Source: Dicyema japonicum (lineage: Eukaryota; Animalia; Dicyemida). Taken from it: DNA of 64,000 bases. The stretch covers positions 1,184,767-1,248,766 of the forward strand of contig RDEW01000013.1 in NCBI GenBank assembly GCA_011109175.1, written 5' to 3'. Positions 39,398 through 51,488 of the stretch are shown one piece after another (within the stretch, counting starts at the first letter, position 1; each line of letters starts with the position of its first letter). The position numbers and the translations under genes were made by a program. The notes below the pieces were generated by a model that was given only the letters and a program-made list of their open reading frames with translations, ran no database searches and was not told where the DNA came from.

Positions 39398-39500
39398 CCA
39401 CGTGGTGCCGTGTGGCTACTTGATTAAAGATTTTTGTTTCTTTTGTTCCTTCAGTTTTAGTAGAGTCATGTGATTTACCAGTCATAGGTGTCGCCCAGTA
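39398..39500 (+). mobile_element. Degenerate 5' part of family B
   Basis: Palindrome ccacgtggtgccgtgtgg and a decayed core (gagtcatgtgatttacc..gtcgcccagt). Confidence 0.45.
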
Positions 39501-40090
39501 AACTTCCAATATTTCAAATGGAGTACAATTGGACTCTTCTAAGTATTCAAAATATCTCATTGATGAGTACCAATAGAACTCCTTTTTTTGTCCAGACAGA
39601 AAATTCAATTATAAATTGAGAAATCTTTCTTAGATTTTTTTAAACTGATTGGTTATAAAATTTTAACAAAATCTGTGACAAAAAATCTTTAATAATTATA
39701 ACGCTAAATATTAATGCTCCGAATATATTCCTAAAATAATATCCTTGCGCAGTGACGGTACCATAGTCAATGATAGTTTACTGAGGCGTGGTTAAAGATA
39801 AATGAAAACTGCAACCAATTACCGCATGTTTTTGCTTTGCTGGACAATCCAATTTCTGTAAAATAAAAAAAAAACATACTTCATATTTCATTAACATATA
39901 TTACGATTAAAGGAAATCATTGTATAGCAATCCCTAATTGTCCTTAGCCTAATCTTTGGTCAAATTGATTATCAAAAAGTTCGACGGGAGCATCAATCGA
40001 CCATTATTATATTGGTGTAGACCGATGATATACGTCATAAAAGTTACCGGCATGAATCTAATCTGTAAACTCAGAAAATATAGCAACAAC

Positions 40091-41247
40091 GTGTCCATTC
40101 AAAATGGCCTCCAATAATTTTTTCAGGTTTTGGATAAGTTCATCAATAAACATCACGAGATTTTAGCGAAACGACATCTTTAGGTAAAAAGTCATCTTTT
40201 TTAAATCTTATAAAAATTGATTTTACCAAGGTCCTCGACATCTTTAGGTAAAAAATCATCTTTTTTAAATCTTATAAAAATTGATTTTGCCAAGGTCCTC
40301 GACATCTTTAGGTAAAAAAGTCATCTTTTTTAAATCTTATAAAAATTGATTTTACCAAGGTCCTCGACATCTTTAGGTAAAAAATCATCTTTTTTAAATC
40401 TTATAAAAATTGATTTTGCAAGGTCCTCGACATCTTTAGGTAAAAAAAGTCATCTTTTTTTAAATCTTATAAAAATTGATTTTAACGGGTCCTATGGGTA
40501 AGTGGAACATTTTACCAAGGACCATATCTCAATTGGAGGCTGGCACAACGTTTTTAGAAGTACATTTGGACACTAAACAAGATTCCAAGAAATTTTGTTA
40601 AGAAATTGATAAAAGAAGAAAGCATAATGATAAACTTCTTAAGATTACGAAATGGAGAAAAAATTCTTAGAAAAACTAAATATATCGCTTTATCTGAGAA
40701 TACATTGAGATTTGTTTAAGAACAAATGTTACTTAACTTGGATCCGATAGAATATATATCAACTAAAATATATTCTATTACATTTATAATTATTTTCTAT
40801 TTTTCCTTTTGAAAATAAATCTTTCATTTTAAATTTAAATAAAAATATTTAAAAAAATAAATGTTACCTAAAATGTCGAGGACCTTTAAATGTTCCACTT
40901 ACCCATAGGACCTTAAAATCAATTTTTATAAGATTTCAAAAAGATGACTTTTTTACCTAAAGATGTCGAGGACCTTGGTAAATTGTTCCACTTACCCATA
41001 GGACCTGTTAAAATCAATTTTTATAAGATTTAAAAAAATGACTTTTTTACCTAAAGATGTCGAGGACCTTGGTAAATTGTTCCACTTACCATAGGACCTT
41101 TCTTTTTATAAGATTTAAAAAAGATGACTTTTTACCTAAAGATGTCGAGGACCTTGGTAAAATATCTCGTGATGTCTATTGATGAACGTATTCAAAACCT
41201 GAGAAATTTTATTGGAGGCCATGAATGGACCGTTTTGAATGGGAACC
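40091..41247. mobile_element. Foldback-type MULE deletion derivative. TIRs of ~400 bp built from ~63-bp tandem repeats; TSD AGCAACAA(C/T)
   Basis: Inverted arms at 40091-40525 and 40860-41247. The spacer encodes MULE C-terminal remnants (GWHNVFRSTFG, KLIKEES). TSD at 40082-90 and 41248-56. Confidence 0.85.
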
Positions 41248-41601
41248 AGCAACAATCTTTTCAGACAAACTTTGATCGTTCGAAGCTTCAATAGAATCAA
41301 TCATTAAGTTGCACAAAGCATTGCAGATGGTATTATAGATAGTGACAATAATCTGGATAAATGTTTTCCCTTTCAAAATTACTCAAAAAATACATTAAAT
41401 AATTAACCAACCTAGTATTCTAAACAAGAGGTCGAATTTTCTTGAATTTTGTTAGATTTCCAATAACATTAAAAACTGGTAATAAAATACAATTATTTCC
41501 TTAAATTTTTCAAAAAAAATCTTGAATCAATCAATCCCGTAAAATTCGACAAAGTAACACTTTTGAGGTTAATTATCTATCACAAAGAAGAAATCAATTA
41601 A

Positions 41602-41915
41602 GCCGCGCGGCGTCATGTGGTGCTGCGTGGTTAATTGGTTGAAGTTTTTTTGCTTGCTTGTCTGTTTCTCCTCTCTCTTCCTATTAGAGTGGCGTCATGT
41701 AATCCACCTGTCTATGTGACGCCCAGTGCCAGGCCGGCACGAAAAAGGATCATTTGCTCTTCCCCACTCAACTGGAGGGTTTCCACAACTGCATGTAATG
41801 GACGTCTTACCTTTTGTGCTGATTCCACATGGACTCTGTTTCTGTAGAAGTGGAAACTGGATACACTTAATTAGTTGTCTACTTTAACTTCTTTCTCGGT
41901 GTATCCGGGGTTATT
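41602..41915 (+). mobile_element. SINE-like family B copy
   Basis: Palindromic head at 41603-20, core at 41691-41751, LINE-like tail. Confidence 0.8.
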
Positions 41916-42349
41916 AAATTAAATCACAAAAATAAAACAAAGTTATAAGAAGATACCACATAATTCTCCAAGAAAAATTACAAAATGAATCATATATCGA
42001 TTCTGTTGGCTTTTTAGGCAATTTTTTTCCTTCGTAAGTTAATTGGATGCGTTGGAAGGCTTATTCGTATACTCGTTCCTGTTGCACGAAATGTCTACTT
42101 AGGTGAACCCCTTTGATGAAACTCCTTGTTTTTCGTCTCGGAAGCATGGATGAGGTGATGGACCAATTAGTCATTGGTGACCAGCAGTTCTGAACAAATG
42201 AAGTGTAGGTATTGAAGTTCAAATTCCCCTGCACAAAACTGAAAGATCTCAGAAGATCATCTGTCAAATTCTGCACGTGTATGCTAGTTAATACGACTCT
42301 AATAAAGAACTTTTTATTCTCAACGATCATTTAACTAATTATTTCTTAC

Positions 42350-43379
42350 TTATCGCCCATACCTTTTCGGTACATCGTCTTCAGTCTCCTCTTCAGTCTC
42401 ATAAGAATAGTCATCATCGTCCTCATTGTCAACATTAGAAGTATATTTGACTTTGTTGGAATAGAAGAGGTCATGGTTTTGTCCGCCACTTCACTCCGTT
42501 TATCAAATGGGGAATTACGAGCGGATCCACTATTTCCATAAAGCGCATTTTCAAAAATCTAAATTTGAGAACGAAAAAACTCTGAAATCATGTTTTGGAT
42601 CGACAATCTTTAAATTATTGTAGCAGTTCGACAAATAATCCAAAATGCTAGTGCTGTGAGCCAATTCTATCATTATAAAGTTTTTTCAAAATTTCCTAAA
42701 ATAGTAAATTCTAAGGCCAACCTGCAAGTCGCCAATTTTCTTTTTCCTCAAAGTCCAGCAATGTTCGATGAATTTTCGCGGAGGAACTTGAAGATTTCAT
42801 CTTTACTTCTCGCAGCTTTCGTTCGTACTAAAATAAAGTCGATCAATACTTTGTCTGTGTCTCCGTATTGAATCGTATTTTCAGTCACCTGATCGGCGAG
42901 TTTTCGTTCTTTATTTTTGTTTTTCAAATCTTTGTTGATTTGCGACTAAAATCTTTATAAAGCTTGATTACCTTCACTACACTCAAAATCCCCTTATATT
43001 TCTGTAACGGATCCACTACCTTTGACTGCATTCTCTCTGCCTATGGATTAGATCCTTCAATGAACCTGAGTTGTTCTGTAATCTTGAATTGAAGCTAAGT
43101 TTTCGGCGAATTTTTCATAGGCAGCTTTTTCGGAGGGATTGGAAGCTTCTCCGTTCGAATAGGCGATTAGCTCGCTTACAATTTCGTCACCTTAAAGATA
43201 ATTTTTATTATTGCCTCGATTCCTTAATTTCGTTAGCTTTTCAGTGTAAACACTAAGAGAAGTACATAATCTCCCAAAATGATTTTCTATTGCAGTGATT
43301 CGTCTCTTGGCGAATTTATTTAATATTTCTCTGCGAACGTTTACATCTAATTTAACCCTTCAATAGTATCTCTGTCCAT
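42350..43379 (-). CDS. CIBAR1: FAM92/CIBAR BAR-domain ciliary protein; 8 exons with 22-26-nt introns; three single-base homopolymer indels
   Basis: Spliced product includes IENHFGRLCTSLSVYTEKLTKLRNRGDEIV, FAENLASIQDYR, KVVDPLQKY, FEEKKIGDLQ, FIMIEL and IFENALY, with an acidic C-terminus, matching FAM92A. Introns: 43356-31, 43214-191 (GC-AG), 43065-41, 42971-46, 42849-28, 42721-696, 42580-59. Confidence 0.88.
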
Positions 43380-43479
43380 CTCTAAGACCGTTACTTGGAA
43401 ACAAAATTTATCATTTATTTTAATAATTTATTTATTTAAATATCATTTATTTTAATTATCATTTATTTTATTTTCAGAT

Positions 43480-43755
43480 CGCGTCATGTGTTGTTATGTC
43501 CTTATCTTTCCATATCTTGGACAAATATGAGGAAAATTGAGGAAATGCAAAAGAGGGCTTACAGAGTAACCCCTTATGAGATTTGACTCCAGATCACGGG
43601 AAATTGGCCCTGAAAATTCAGGCAGCCGTCCTGTACGTTCATGCGTGGGCACGAAGGAAAAACGACGGGCAAAGATGAGGTCTTTGTTAAAATGCATCGG
43701 GATCACGTGATAATTAGTTTTGTTTTACCGTGGTCTTGGGTTAAATAAAAAAATA
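43480..43755 (+). mobile_element. Element with a B/C-like head remnant, a different middle and an I-like LINE 3' end
   Basis: Starts gcgtcatgtgttgttatg and ends gggatcacgtgataattagttttg..gggttaaataaa. Confidence 0.5.
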
Positions 43756-43756
43756 A

Positions 43757-43970
43757 ATGTGGCTAGTAGGTCATAAATTATTTTCCTTCTGATGGCGTCA
43801 TTGGATCCACCTTACTGAGGAGACCCTAATGCCTGGTCGGCATCAAGAGGATCCAACAATTCTTCCCCGGGGACAACGTCGTTACCTGGTGACAAATTTT
43901 GAAATGCTGGAACGGTCAGGATCGAGGAGTTAGATAGTTTGGTTACCTTTGGTATTTGAAAATAATTTAA
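43757..43970 (+). mobile_element. SINE-like family C copy
   Basis: Core at 43794-43854; tail homologous to the other C copies. Confidence 0.78.
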
Positions 43971-44089
43971 TTTTAGTACTATTCAGGTGGAAAACAATTA
44001 ATCTTTTAATCTGCCACAAAATAAATAAGAAGCTATTAATTTTTACTAGAATAGGAGATTTTTTCCCTGGAAAGATATTTAAAAAAGGA

Positions 44090-44830
44090 TATTCTATGGA
44101 ACCTTAGAGCAGCAAATTGGTCTTGTTTGAAGAGAACATGTAGGACAAATATCAAAATACAATCTGGTATCATTCATGGTCAATATCATAGGTATATGTT
44201 TAGAGAAGTCAAGAGAAATTTTGAAGATGATATTCGTCTTATTTTAATGTGGAGTTCTTAGATTGTGACGCTGAGAATTGTCAAAAACAATTTTGCCTGG
44301 TGTTTGACGACAACAACAGACTGGCAAATGTTTATGAGAGCGGTCTGTACACGAATTAACTACCCGTTAAAATCGAAAATCGGTATTATCTGTTTAATTA
44401 ACAACAGGTTGTAAAGGAATGATAGAATTAGACGATAATTTATTTTCTAATTCTGGACGAGTAATGGATTTTTGGAGGAATTTGAAGGGAAACTAAAGAT
44501 TGTTTTCTCATTGAAATAACGGATCGAACGATAGAAACTCTGACAAAAGCGATAATCGGGAATGTGGCAGTTGGTACAACACTCATATCATACGGTTGGC
44601 GAGGTTATTTGACCAGCAGTTTCCAAGATATAGGTTTCGTACATATGACGGTCAATCGTCGTTATAACTCTATTACTAGCTCCCTTACAGAACCTATAGA
44701 AAGGTTTAATCTCTCTAAAATTATTGCAGAATATGGGGTAACCGCACGACACAACTTGAACGCTATTTTCCAGAATTCATGTTGAGACAGAGACATTAGA
44801 ACACCGATTACGAAGCTATATTGCCAGCAA
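44090..44830 (+). mobile_element. Decayed Merlin (ISXO2/IS1016-like) transposase
   Basis: WIFGG..CFLIEITDRTIETL..IIGNVAVGTTLISYGWRGY..HMTVN is the Merlin catalytic-region pattern. Confidence 0.75.
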
Positions 44831-45559
44831 TAGGGAATTTTAGACCTTAAACAGCCAATTACTGATAAATAAAAATTTTAAATTTTTATCATTTAAATTT
44901 AACTAAAAAAATTATCATTTTGTTCAGGAAAGTGACGGTCATATACCAAAAATCGTATAGATTAATTTTAGGCTAAGCATAATTTAAATCATTTTGAGCG
45001 TATTTTCTCAAAATTAAAAACCAAATTATATTGTGCAACGAACTCTGAAATCGCTGAAATAATACGAAGGTGTGCTTGCTAATCAAAACATCTTTTTTCA
45101 GCAAATTCCCGAATACTCCCATAATCGTGTGTAGGGTTAGGGTTTAATCCATATTATCAAAAACACAAAAATCAATCAAAGTTGTTGAAATAATAAAGAT
45201 GGAGATCTAACGCAACAAATTTATCTTCTTGATTACTGATTCTGATTTATGACTAGTGGTATATGACAATTTAATTTTTAGTCGGAAATTCAATTAAATT
45301 GTTTTTTGAACTGCATTTTCTGCCTCCGTTAAAAAACCATCACAAATTTCGAAGATTCTCACAAAAGTTCGAAATTTTAAAACCGAGATTAGATTATAAG
45401 TTTTGTTTTCCGTGTACACAAAGTCGACCTACGAGTATTACTATAAAGTCTTCGATTTCACCTTCTACGATATTCTAACAACCAAACTTTATATATTTTT
45501 AATCCTTAATATTTGGAGTCGTGGCTGCTCTGCTTTGCCTATTTTCGAAAATTCCCTCT

Positions 45560-46225
45560 AGGTTCCACGCATCTAAGATGCTTTGTCTTGACGAGTGATG
45601 CCGTCATCAGTGAATATTACACTGCAGAACTGGCTCGTCTATAAAAGACTCACATCGATAAAACGAAAGAAAAAAGTGAAAAGCATTCCTTGGTTCTCCC
45701 TCATCGATTAGTTATGATAATTATTCTTTACTTAAATAAAGTGTGTGTCCTGCCTGAGAAGAGCTATAGCTAATATCGCTCTGCGTGAAGTGCATTATAA
45801 AGTGAATTAAATTAATGAAGGTGAAGCGACATTCTTTGATTCCGTAAATGACCAAAAACCAGCCGATCTCCTTGACGGGGATCTCGCATGGGAGGCGTGC
45901 TAAGGTTCCGTTTTTGGGTCGTGTCTCAGAGAGATGACTTGATGGACTACGCACGGGAGGCGTATTAAGGTTCCGTTTTACAATTCTAGTATTTAATATA
46001 CAAGATAAACTTTGGCTTGACGAGTGACGCCGTCATCAGTGAACACTTCACTGCGGGCCAGATCGTCTATATAGGACATACTCTCAAGAAAAAAAACAAA
46101 AAATGAAGAGCATTCTTTGATTCTCCCTCATCGATTAGCTATGATAACTGTTCTTTGCTTAAAATGAAGTGTGTCTGCACTTGCATGACTATAAATATTG
46201 TGGCTCTCGTGAAAGTGTTAAAAAA
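45560..46225 (+). mobile_element. Two headless family A SINE copies (45560-45770 and 46014-46225)
   Basis: ttgacgagtgaygccgtcatcagtg body; tail gtggctctcgtgaaagtg. Confidence 0.75.
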
Positions 46226-47139
46226 GATAAACTCTCTATTCAACTTATTTTGCATATTTCCAAGAAGAAACCAATATTCCAAAATGTTTGTATTTAACGG
46301 AGATCTTCATGAGCGCCGCTGACTATTTGAACGAATCTTGCTCGCCATCATGAACGAAAATAACCACGCATTCTAGGTTTCTACTGTATGATCCTCGGTT
46401 GTTTTTTCTTTTAAAATAAATTTAATTGCATTTGAACGTTAAAAGAAAATCTTATGAGAGTTACAGAATAAATCAATGCAGAAAAAATAATTCTGACGCA
46501 AGTAAGGTCTACAGACAAAAAAATCTACTGCTTCTAACTAAAAGCGTTATTTAAGATTTGTCAGAAAAATCGCTCCGTTTGCATTGCTGTCTAAATGATA
46601 GTAATAATGCTTTATTAGGTTTCGATACTTAACGGCTCAGATTTAACCGTCTAAATCGGTTAGCGTTAACTTTCGGTCATACGTTCAACGGCTTTTGAGG
46701 ATAAATCGATTTTACGCCTTTTTCTCAGCCTAAACTCATTTAGAACCGGTCACATTAATTATTATTTATTATTATCCTTTTCTTCTTTTACGACCTTGTG
46801 TGGACTCATATGAGGAACACCAAGATGAGTTGAGGACATATTTGAAACGTGTCGGAATCACATAGTTATCTAGTTTAGGTTTTTACTTGTAGTCTTAAAA
46901 TAAATTCATTCTTAAGCCCGTCATCAGATCCGGATGAGTGAAACTCCTTAATCGTCTACATGCATTCCAGATTCAGAGCATATTCAACATATTTTATCGA
47001 TCTTCCATGTTTTTTTGTGTTTTTGAAAAAAAGAAAGCTACGATAGTGGTCGTATGATTTTTCTTTGACATAATAACTATAGTCCTTCCAATGTCATGCA
47101 AGTTTATCAAGAAGCAGCATAAAAGGTAGAAGAGTTCCA

Positions 47140-47235
47140 TTCCTTACAGTTGTGGGAGCTCCTCCAGTTAAGTGGGGAGAGCAAATGATCCTTTTTGCGA
47201 GCCATGACACCTAAGACAGGAGGATCAGATGACAC
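47140..47235 (-). mobile_element. Partial family B copy
   Basis: ccagttaagtggggagagcaaatgatccttttt matches the B middle and core. Confidence 0.6.
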
Positions 47236-49394
47236 TATTATATAAGAAAAGGGAAATGAAAATTATTTACGTTAAATATCTATTTTCACACTTTATTTTT
47301 AAAGAAGCAACATTAAAAATATTATATTTAATATTAATTTTGACATTTTTGAAAATTTCTAAGTATAGACCGTCAGTGCTTTATCGAATTACACAAAGTG
47401 GTGCTACAATCAATCCTATGTCGTCTTTGACTTAAAGTTTTACATCATTGTGAGAATATAATTGTAATGATTCTCTGATATTTTAGTTTAACGTCTCTTA
47501 ATTTCAGTATTTGGACTCATTATATCCGTACGGCAGCATTTTATAGCGCTGTTAGGGTATTGGCGATTTTTGATATTTCAGCTTGACAATGTCGTGGAAA
47601 GATATTTTGTGAGGAAAATTAAGAATTACAAGACAAATCCCACGCAACTTTTTTATGTCTTCTTCGTTTTAGCTTAAGGTGGTAATTTCTCTAGAGATTA
47701 TAAATACAAATTTAGAACGCAGCAAACGAAGAGGCTTTAAATTTATTCTCTTCACCTAACTTTACACTTTGGAAATTTAATAACTCCCGATTCCTGACGT
47801 CTTCTGAGTCTGTCACCCTTCCTATGAAAGGGTTTTCGCCATAAGTGTAAATTTTGTACAATTGAGAGATTTTTATCGCAGATTGTGTATCGATGGGCCA
47901 TACCAAATTTTTCTGAAATTCGCGTATGCGTCAGCATAGTCGATATTTCGTGGCATCTTCGACATTACTAAGACTTTTGACATCTATAAAAATTCTTAGC
48001 GGTAGAGAAGTTACTAAAAATTTTGGCTCTGATTTTAATTCCCCACTCTTCACAAAGGGCGTTTCGCCGCATAATCAATCCACCTTGTCGTATTAAAATT
48101 GGAAGGAGTTTGAAAGCATCAAATTAATTCACTATTCAGAAAGTTCATGAAAAATTATCAGCCCAAGAATTTCATAGCCCCAATGCCAAGTGGAGAGATT
48201 AAACCAAAGGTTTTTCGAGATGGAGGTTAGAGGTATTTAATTTTTAGGATTAAGGGCAAAGAACAGAAATTAGCATAATATTAGAAGAGTTTGCCATTAT
48301 GTGATCATCCCCATAGCTTTTTCTTCCAGAACCCTACGTGGTCTCTCTATATTCTTATATTACAGACAAATGCTCTTGTAGACAAAATGAATCCACGTTT
48401 TCCTAAAAAGTTCTCGAAGGTTGTTGAATCCGTCACCGATCAGAAAACCTCCGTAGAAATTTAGTGGTTGTGCGTTGAAAGTCTTTGACTTTCTTTAGAT
48501 TCATTTTTACCTGTCGGTTGCTTCAATCTATTGGTCGTATAAATATAGCATGAGTCTGAATAATTTCTTGTATTTTTCAAGGTCTTAAGTTCATTTTTTG
48601 TCGTGACTCTGCTGGCTACTCGAGCGAGAGGGAATAGCCATACGGTTTGATCTTCCTAACTTAATTAATCGGATAGGCCATTTTGTTTCGCTGTAATCGA
48701 GGCTTCTTAGCGAGGCCATACGAGAAAGATCAGTTACTTGCTGCTTATTGCTCCGGTCGTCTCAGCAGGAATCGTGCGGAAGGTATATCGGTCTAAGAGT
48801 CATCTGTATATCTTTTCTTTATCTCTTTCTGCTTTCTCTGTAGCGGAAAGTGACAGAGTCAATAGTGATGTGCTTTATCATCCCACGGTATGATGTTTGA
48901 TTTGTTCCGCGTTTCTTAAAAGGTATATTTGTTTAAATAAAACGTAGATTTCATGAACTACTCCTTCAAATAAAAGAGTTTGTTAAAGACCACAAAAATC
49001 ATGCTTTGTTGAACAGTAAAGAGTGGATTACCGATTTAGTTTTTTGGATCGATCTATCCTCTCAATTATCCTCGTTAACACACTCTTAACACACTTTCAA
49101 TGATCTTGGTGGAGGAGATGGAATCGACACATTGCATCTCAAAATAACCATTACCCTTCCTCGAACAGAAAGATTGTTGGGTAGGACCGCGTATTTTTTC
49201 CGTTTCATCTTCTCGGCCTTCTCAGCGGCAAAACAGGCTCCACTCTGTAGTAGGTTGCAAGAGGCAAACGTGTCGGTGCAGGCAACGTCCCAGACAAGAG
49301 GTTTCCTGCTTCAAAAAAGAAGATTTTCATCCCATCTGGTCGTTTCCCGTCCCGCCTAAAGAGAGTGTAGAATCCTTTTTGACATAGGAGTTAC

Positions 49395-51488
49395 GGTTGT
49401 AGGAAAAAAAGTCAAGTGGAAAAAAGGTCAAGCGGAAAAAAAGTCAAGTCCGTAAGCGGAAAAAAGGTCAAGTTGTCTTTTTTAGTTTATATCGCATTTT
49501 TGTGATACTACTAGCATCTTTTAATTTTTAAAAATTTTTTCAATACTTGACTTTTTTTTTCCATTTTTGAAAATTTTTCCCTTATAAATTTTCGAAATTT
49601 AGCGCAAAACGGAAAAAAAGTCAAGTCCGTTAACGAAATTACGGACTTGACTTTTTTTCCGTTTATAAATTAAGATTTTTATTCATGATCGTTTCATTTT
49701 AAAGTAAGCGAGTTTAGAATAACAAATTATTTAAATAGTTAATTTTGGCTAATGTTAATGAATTAAAATGTCCCGCCACAACTAAAACTACACGTGGTGG
49801 AAATAAATTCTAAAAATAAAACAGATTTTTTCTACTTTTAAAATTTTTTAAAATGTTATAAACATATGATTTTTATTTAACGTGAATCAAGGGATTATTT
49901 AATGTGAATCAAAAGAATATTTAATATTCCATGCAATTGCTTTTAGGGCTTCTCCTACTGTTTTTTTCCGTCCTGGCGATCCAGACATATATTTAAAAGT
50001 TTTTTTGTCCATCAATCGTTTTTTTATTTGTTCTTGTTGAAATTCTTTTTCCAAAGGAATCCTGGTCAATAATAGTTTTCGTCATTTTTTCTTCTTTTTG
50101 GAATGACGATATAATATTCCATATCGATGGATGACGATATCCCGTCAAATTGTATAATTTATTGTTCCACCCTTCACAATAGTTATTTGTTCTTTGTTTA
50201 TTATTGAGTGTAGCTTCATACACATTCCATAAATTTGGAGGAAACAATGGAGCAATGTGCTGTATTCTATCAGCTAAGGGGTTTTCTTGATCATTTAAGC
50301 AACGATAATAACCGCGAACATATGTTCTATCAAAATAATCTAATATATATTTTGGATCTGGAATATTTTCTGGCATATTATTCATTAGGAATTCTATTCC
50401 TTCTTCCATATCTTGAATGGGTAAAAACGCAAGAGCGTCTATCATTGCGCAAAAAATGTTAAAATTAATATTTTCTTTATATTGTTTTACTAGATGCAAT
50501 TCTTGAATTTTTCTCCAGGTTGACTGTCTTAGATGATAATAACATCCTCTAATATGTATTCGTCTCCCAAATACTGCAAGGACAGCTCGAAATATCGAAT
50601 CTTCAAAGTCTGCCATAATAGTTTCAAGACGAAATGGAATATCTCAGAGATCGAAAATATTTTTTGGAATATGTAGAGACAAGCGTTGATTCCTTAGTGT
50701 TCGCTTGAAAGAATCTGCAGAAGGGAGAATAATTCTGGTTGCTGTTTCACATTGAGACACAACCTTTGAATAGATTTGTAAGGGATTTTTTTGACTCGTT
50801 TTAGCAATAAGTTTTGCTTCGTTGCACAATTTCATCAGTTTTATTTGACTTTCGTCAAATTCGTGATTGTGAGAAATTCCTTCTTTGGGAAATTCAACTT
50901 AAAATCCGTATATTGATTAAGTCAAAAAGATTAAACCAAAGCGAAAAAAGTCAAGGTCAAAAAGATTAAACCAAAGCGAAAAAAGTCAAGTCAATTTTAT
51001 TATATTAGGAATCCTTGGCCCCCAAGCAGATGAGTTGGTTCGTAAGATCGGCTCCATGATTCAAGCTGTGACCAAGATCTGCGAGAGACTAGTTGGTTCC
51101 GAGAACGTATCTCGTTGGCTATTGTTAGGGGAAATAGCATGGCCATTCAGATGCCTTAATTTAATTTTTATTCATTTGATAATTAAAAAAAATTTTATTA
51201 TTACCTTGAAATTCTTAAATTGATTTAGTCAAAGCGATTATACCAAAGCGGAAAAAAAGTCAAGTCCGTGATTTCGTTAGCGGACTTGACTTTTTTTCCA
51301 TTTTGCGCTAAATTTCGAAAATTTATAAGGGAAAAATTTTCAAAAATAGAAAAAAAGTCAAGCGGAAAAAAGTCAAGTATTGAAAAAATTTTTAAAAATT
51401 AAAAGATGCTAGTAGTATCAAAAAAATGCGATATAAACTAAAAAAAGACGACTTGACCTTTTTTCCGCTTGACTTTTTTCCGCACTCC
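49395..51488 (-). mobile_element. MULE/Mutator element with ~250-bp TIRs and 9-bp TSD AGGAGTTAC
   Basis: TSD at 49386-94 and 51489-97. TIRs start with GG and contain cggaaaaaaagtcaag repeats. Confidence 0.92.
49993..50835 (-). pseudogene. MULE transposase with an internal deletion
   Basis: ADFE, GCYYH (CxxH), LFPPNLWN and RTNNYCEGWNNK motifs. The region carrying the first catalytic Asp is missing between the two ORFs. Confidence 0.85.

Noticed and set aside
40172-40490. 63-bp tandem array as a CRISPR or satellite
   Set aside because: No unique spacers; it is part of a MULE TIR.
45886-45980. Two ~30-bp direct repeats with a 65-bp period, CRISPR-like spacing
   Set aside because: Only two units, eukaryotic context and no cas genes; best explained as a local duplication.
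47700-48900. Possible Penelope RT on the minus strand (DVKSL-like motif near 47985)
   Set aside because: A single short motif among many stops; no other RT or GIY-YIG motifs found.
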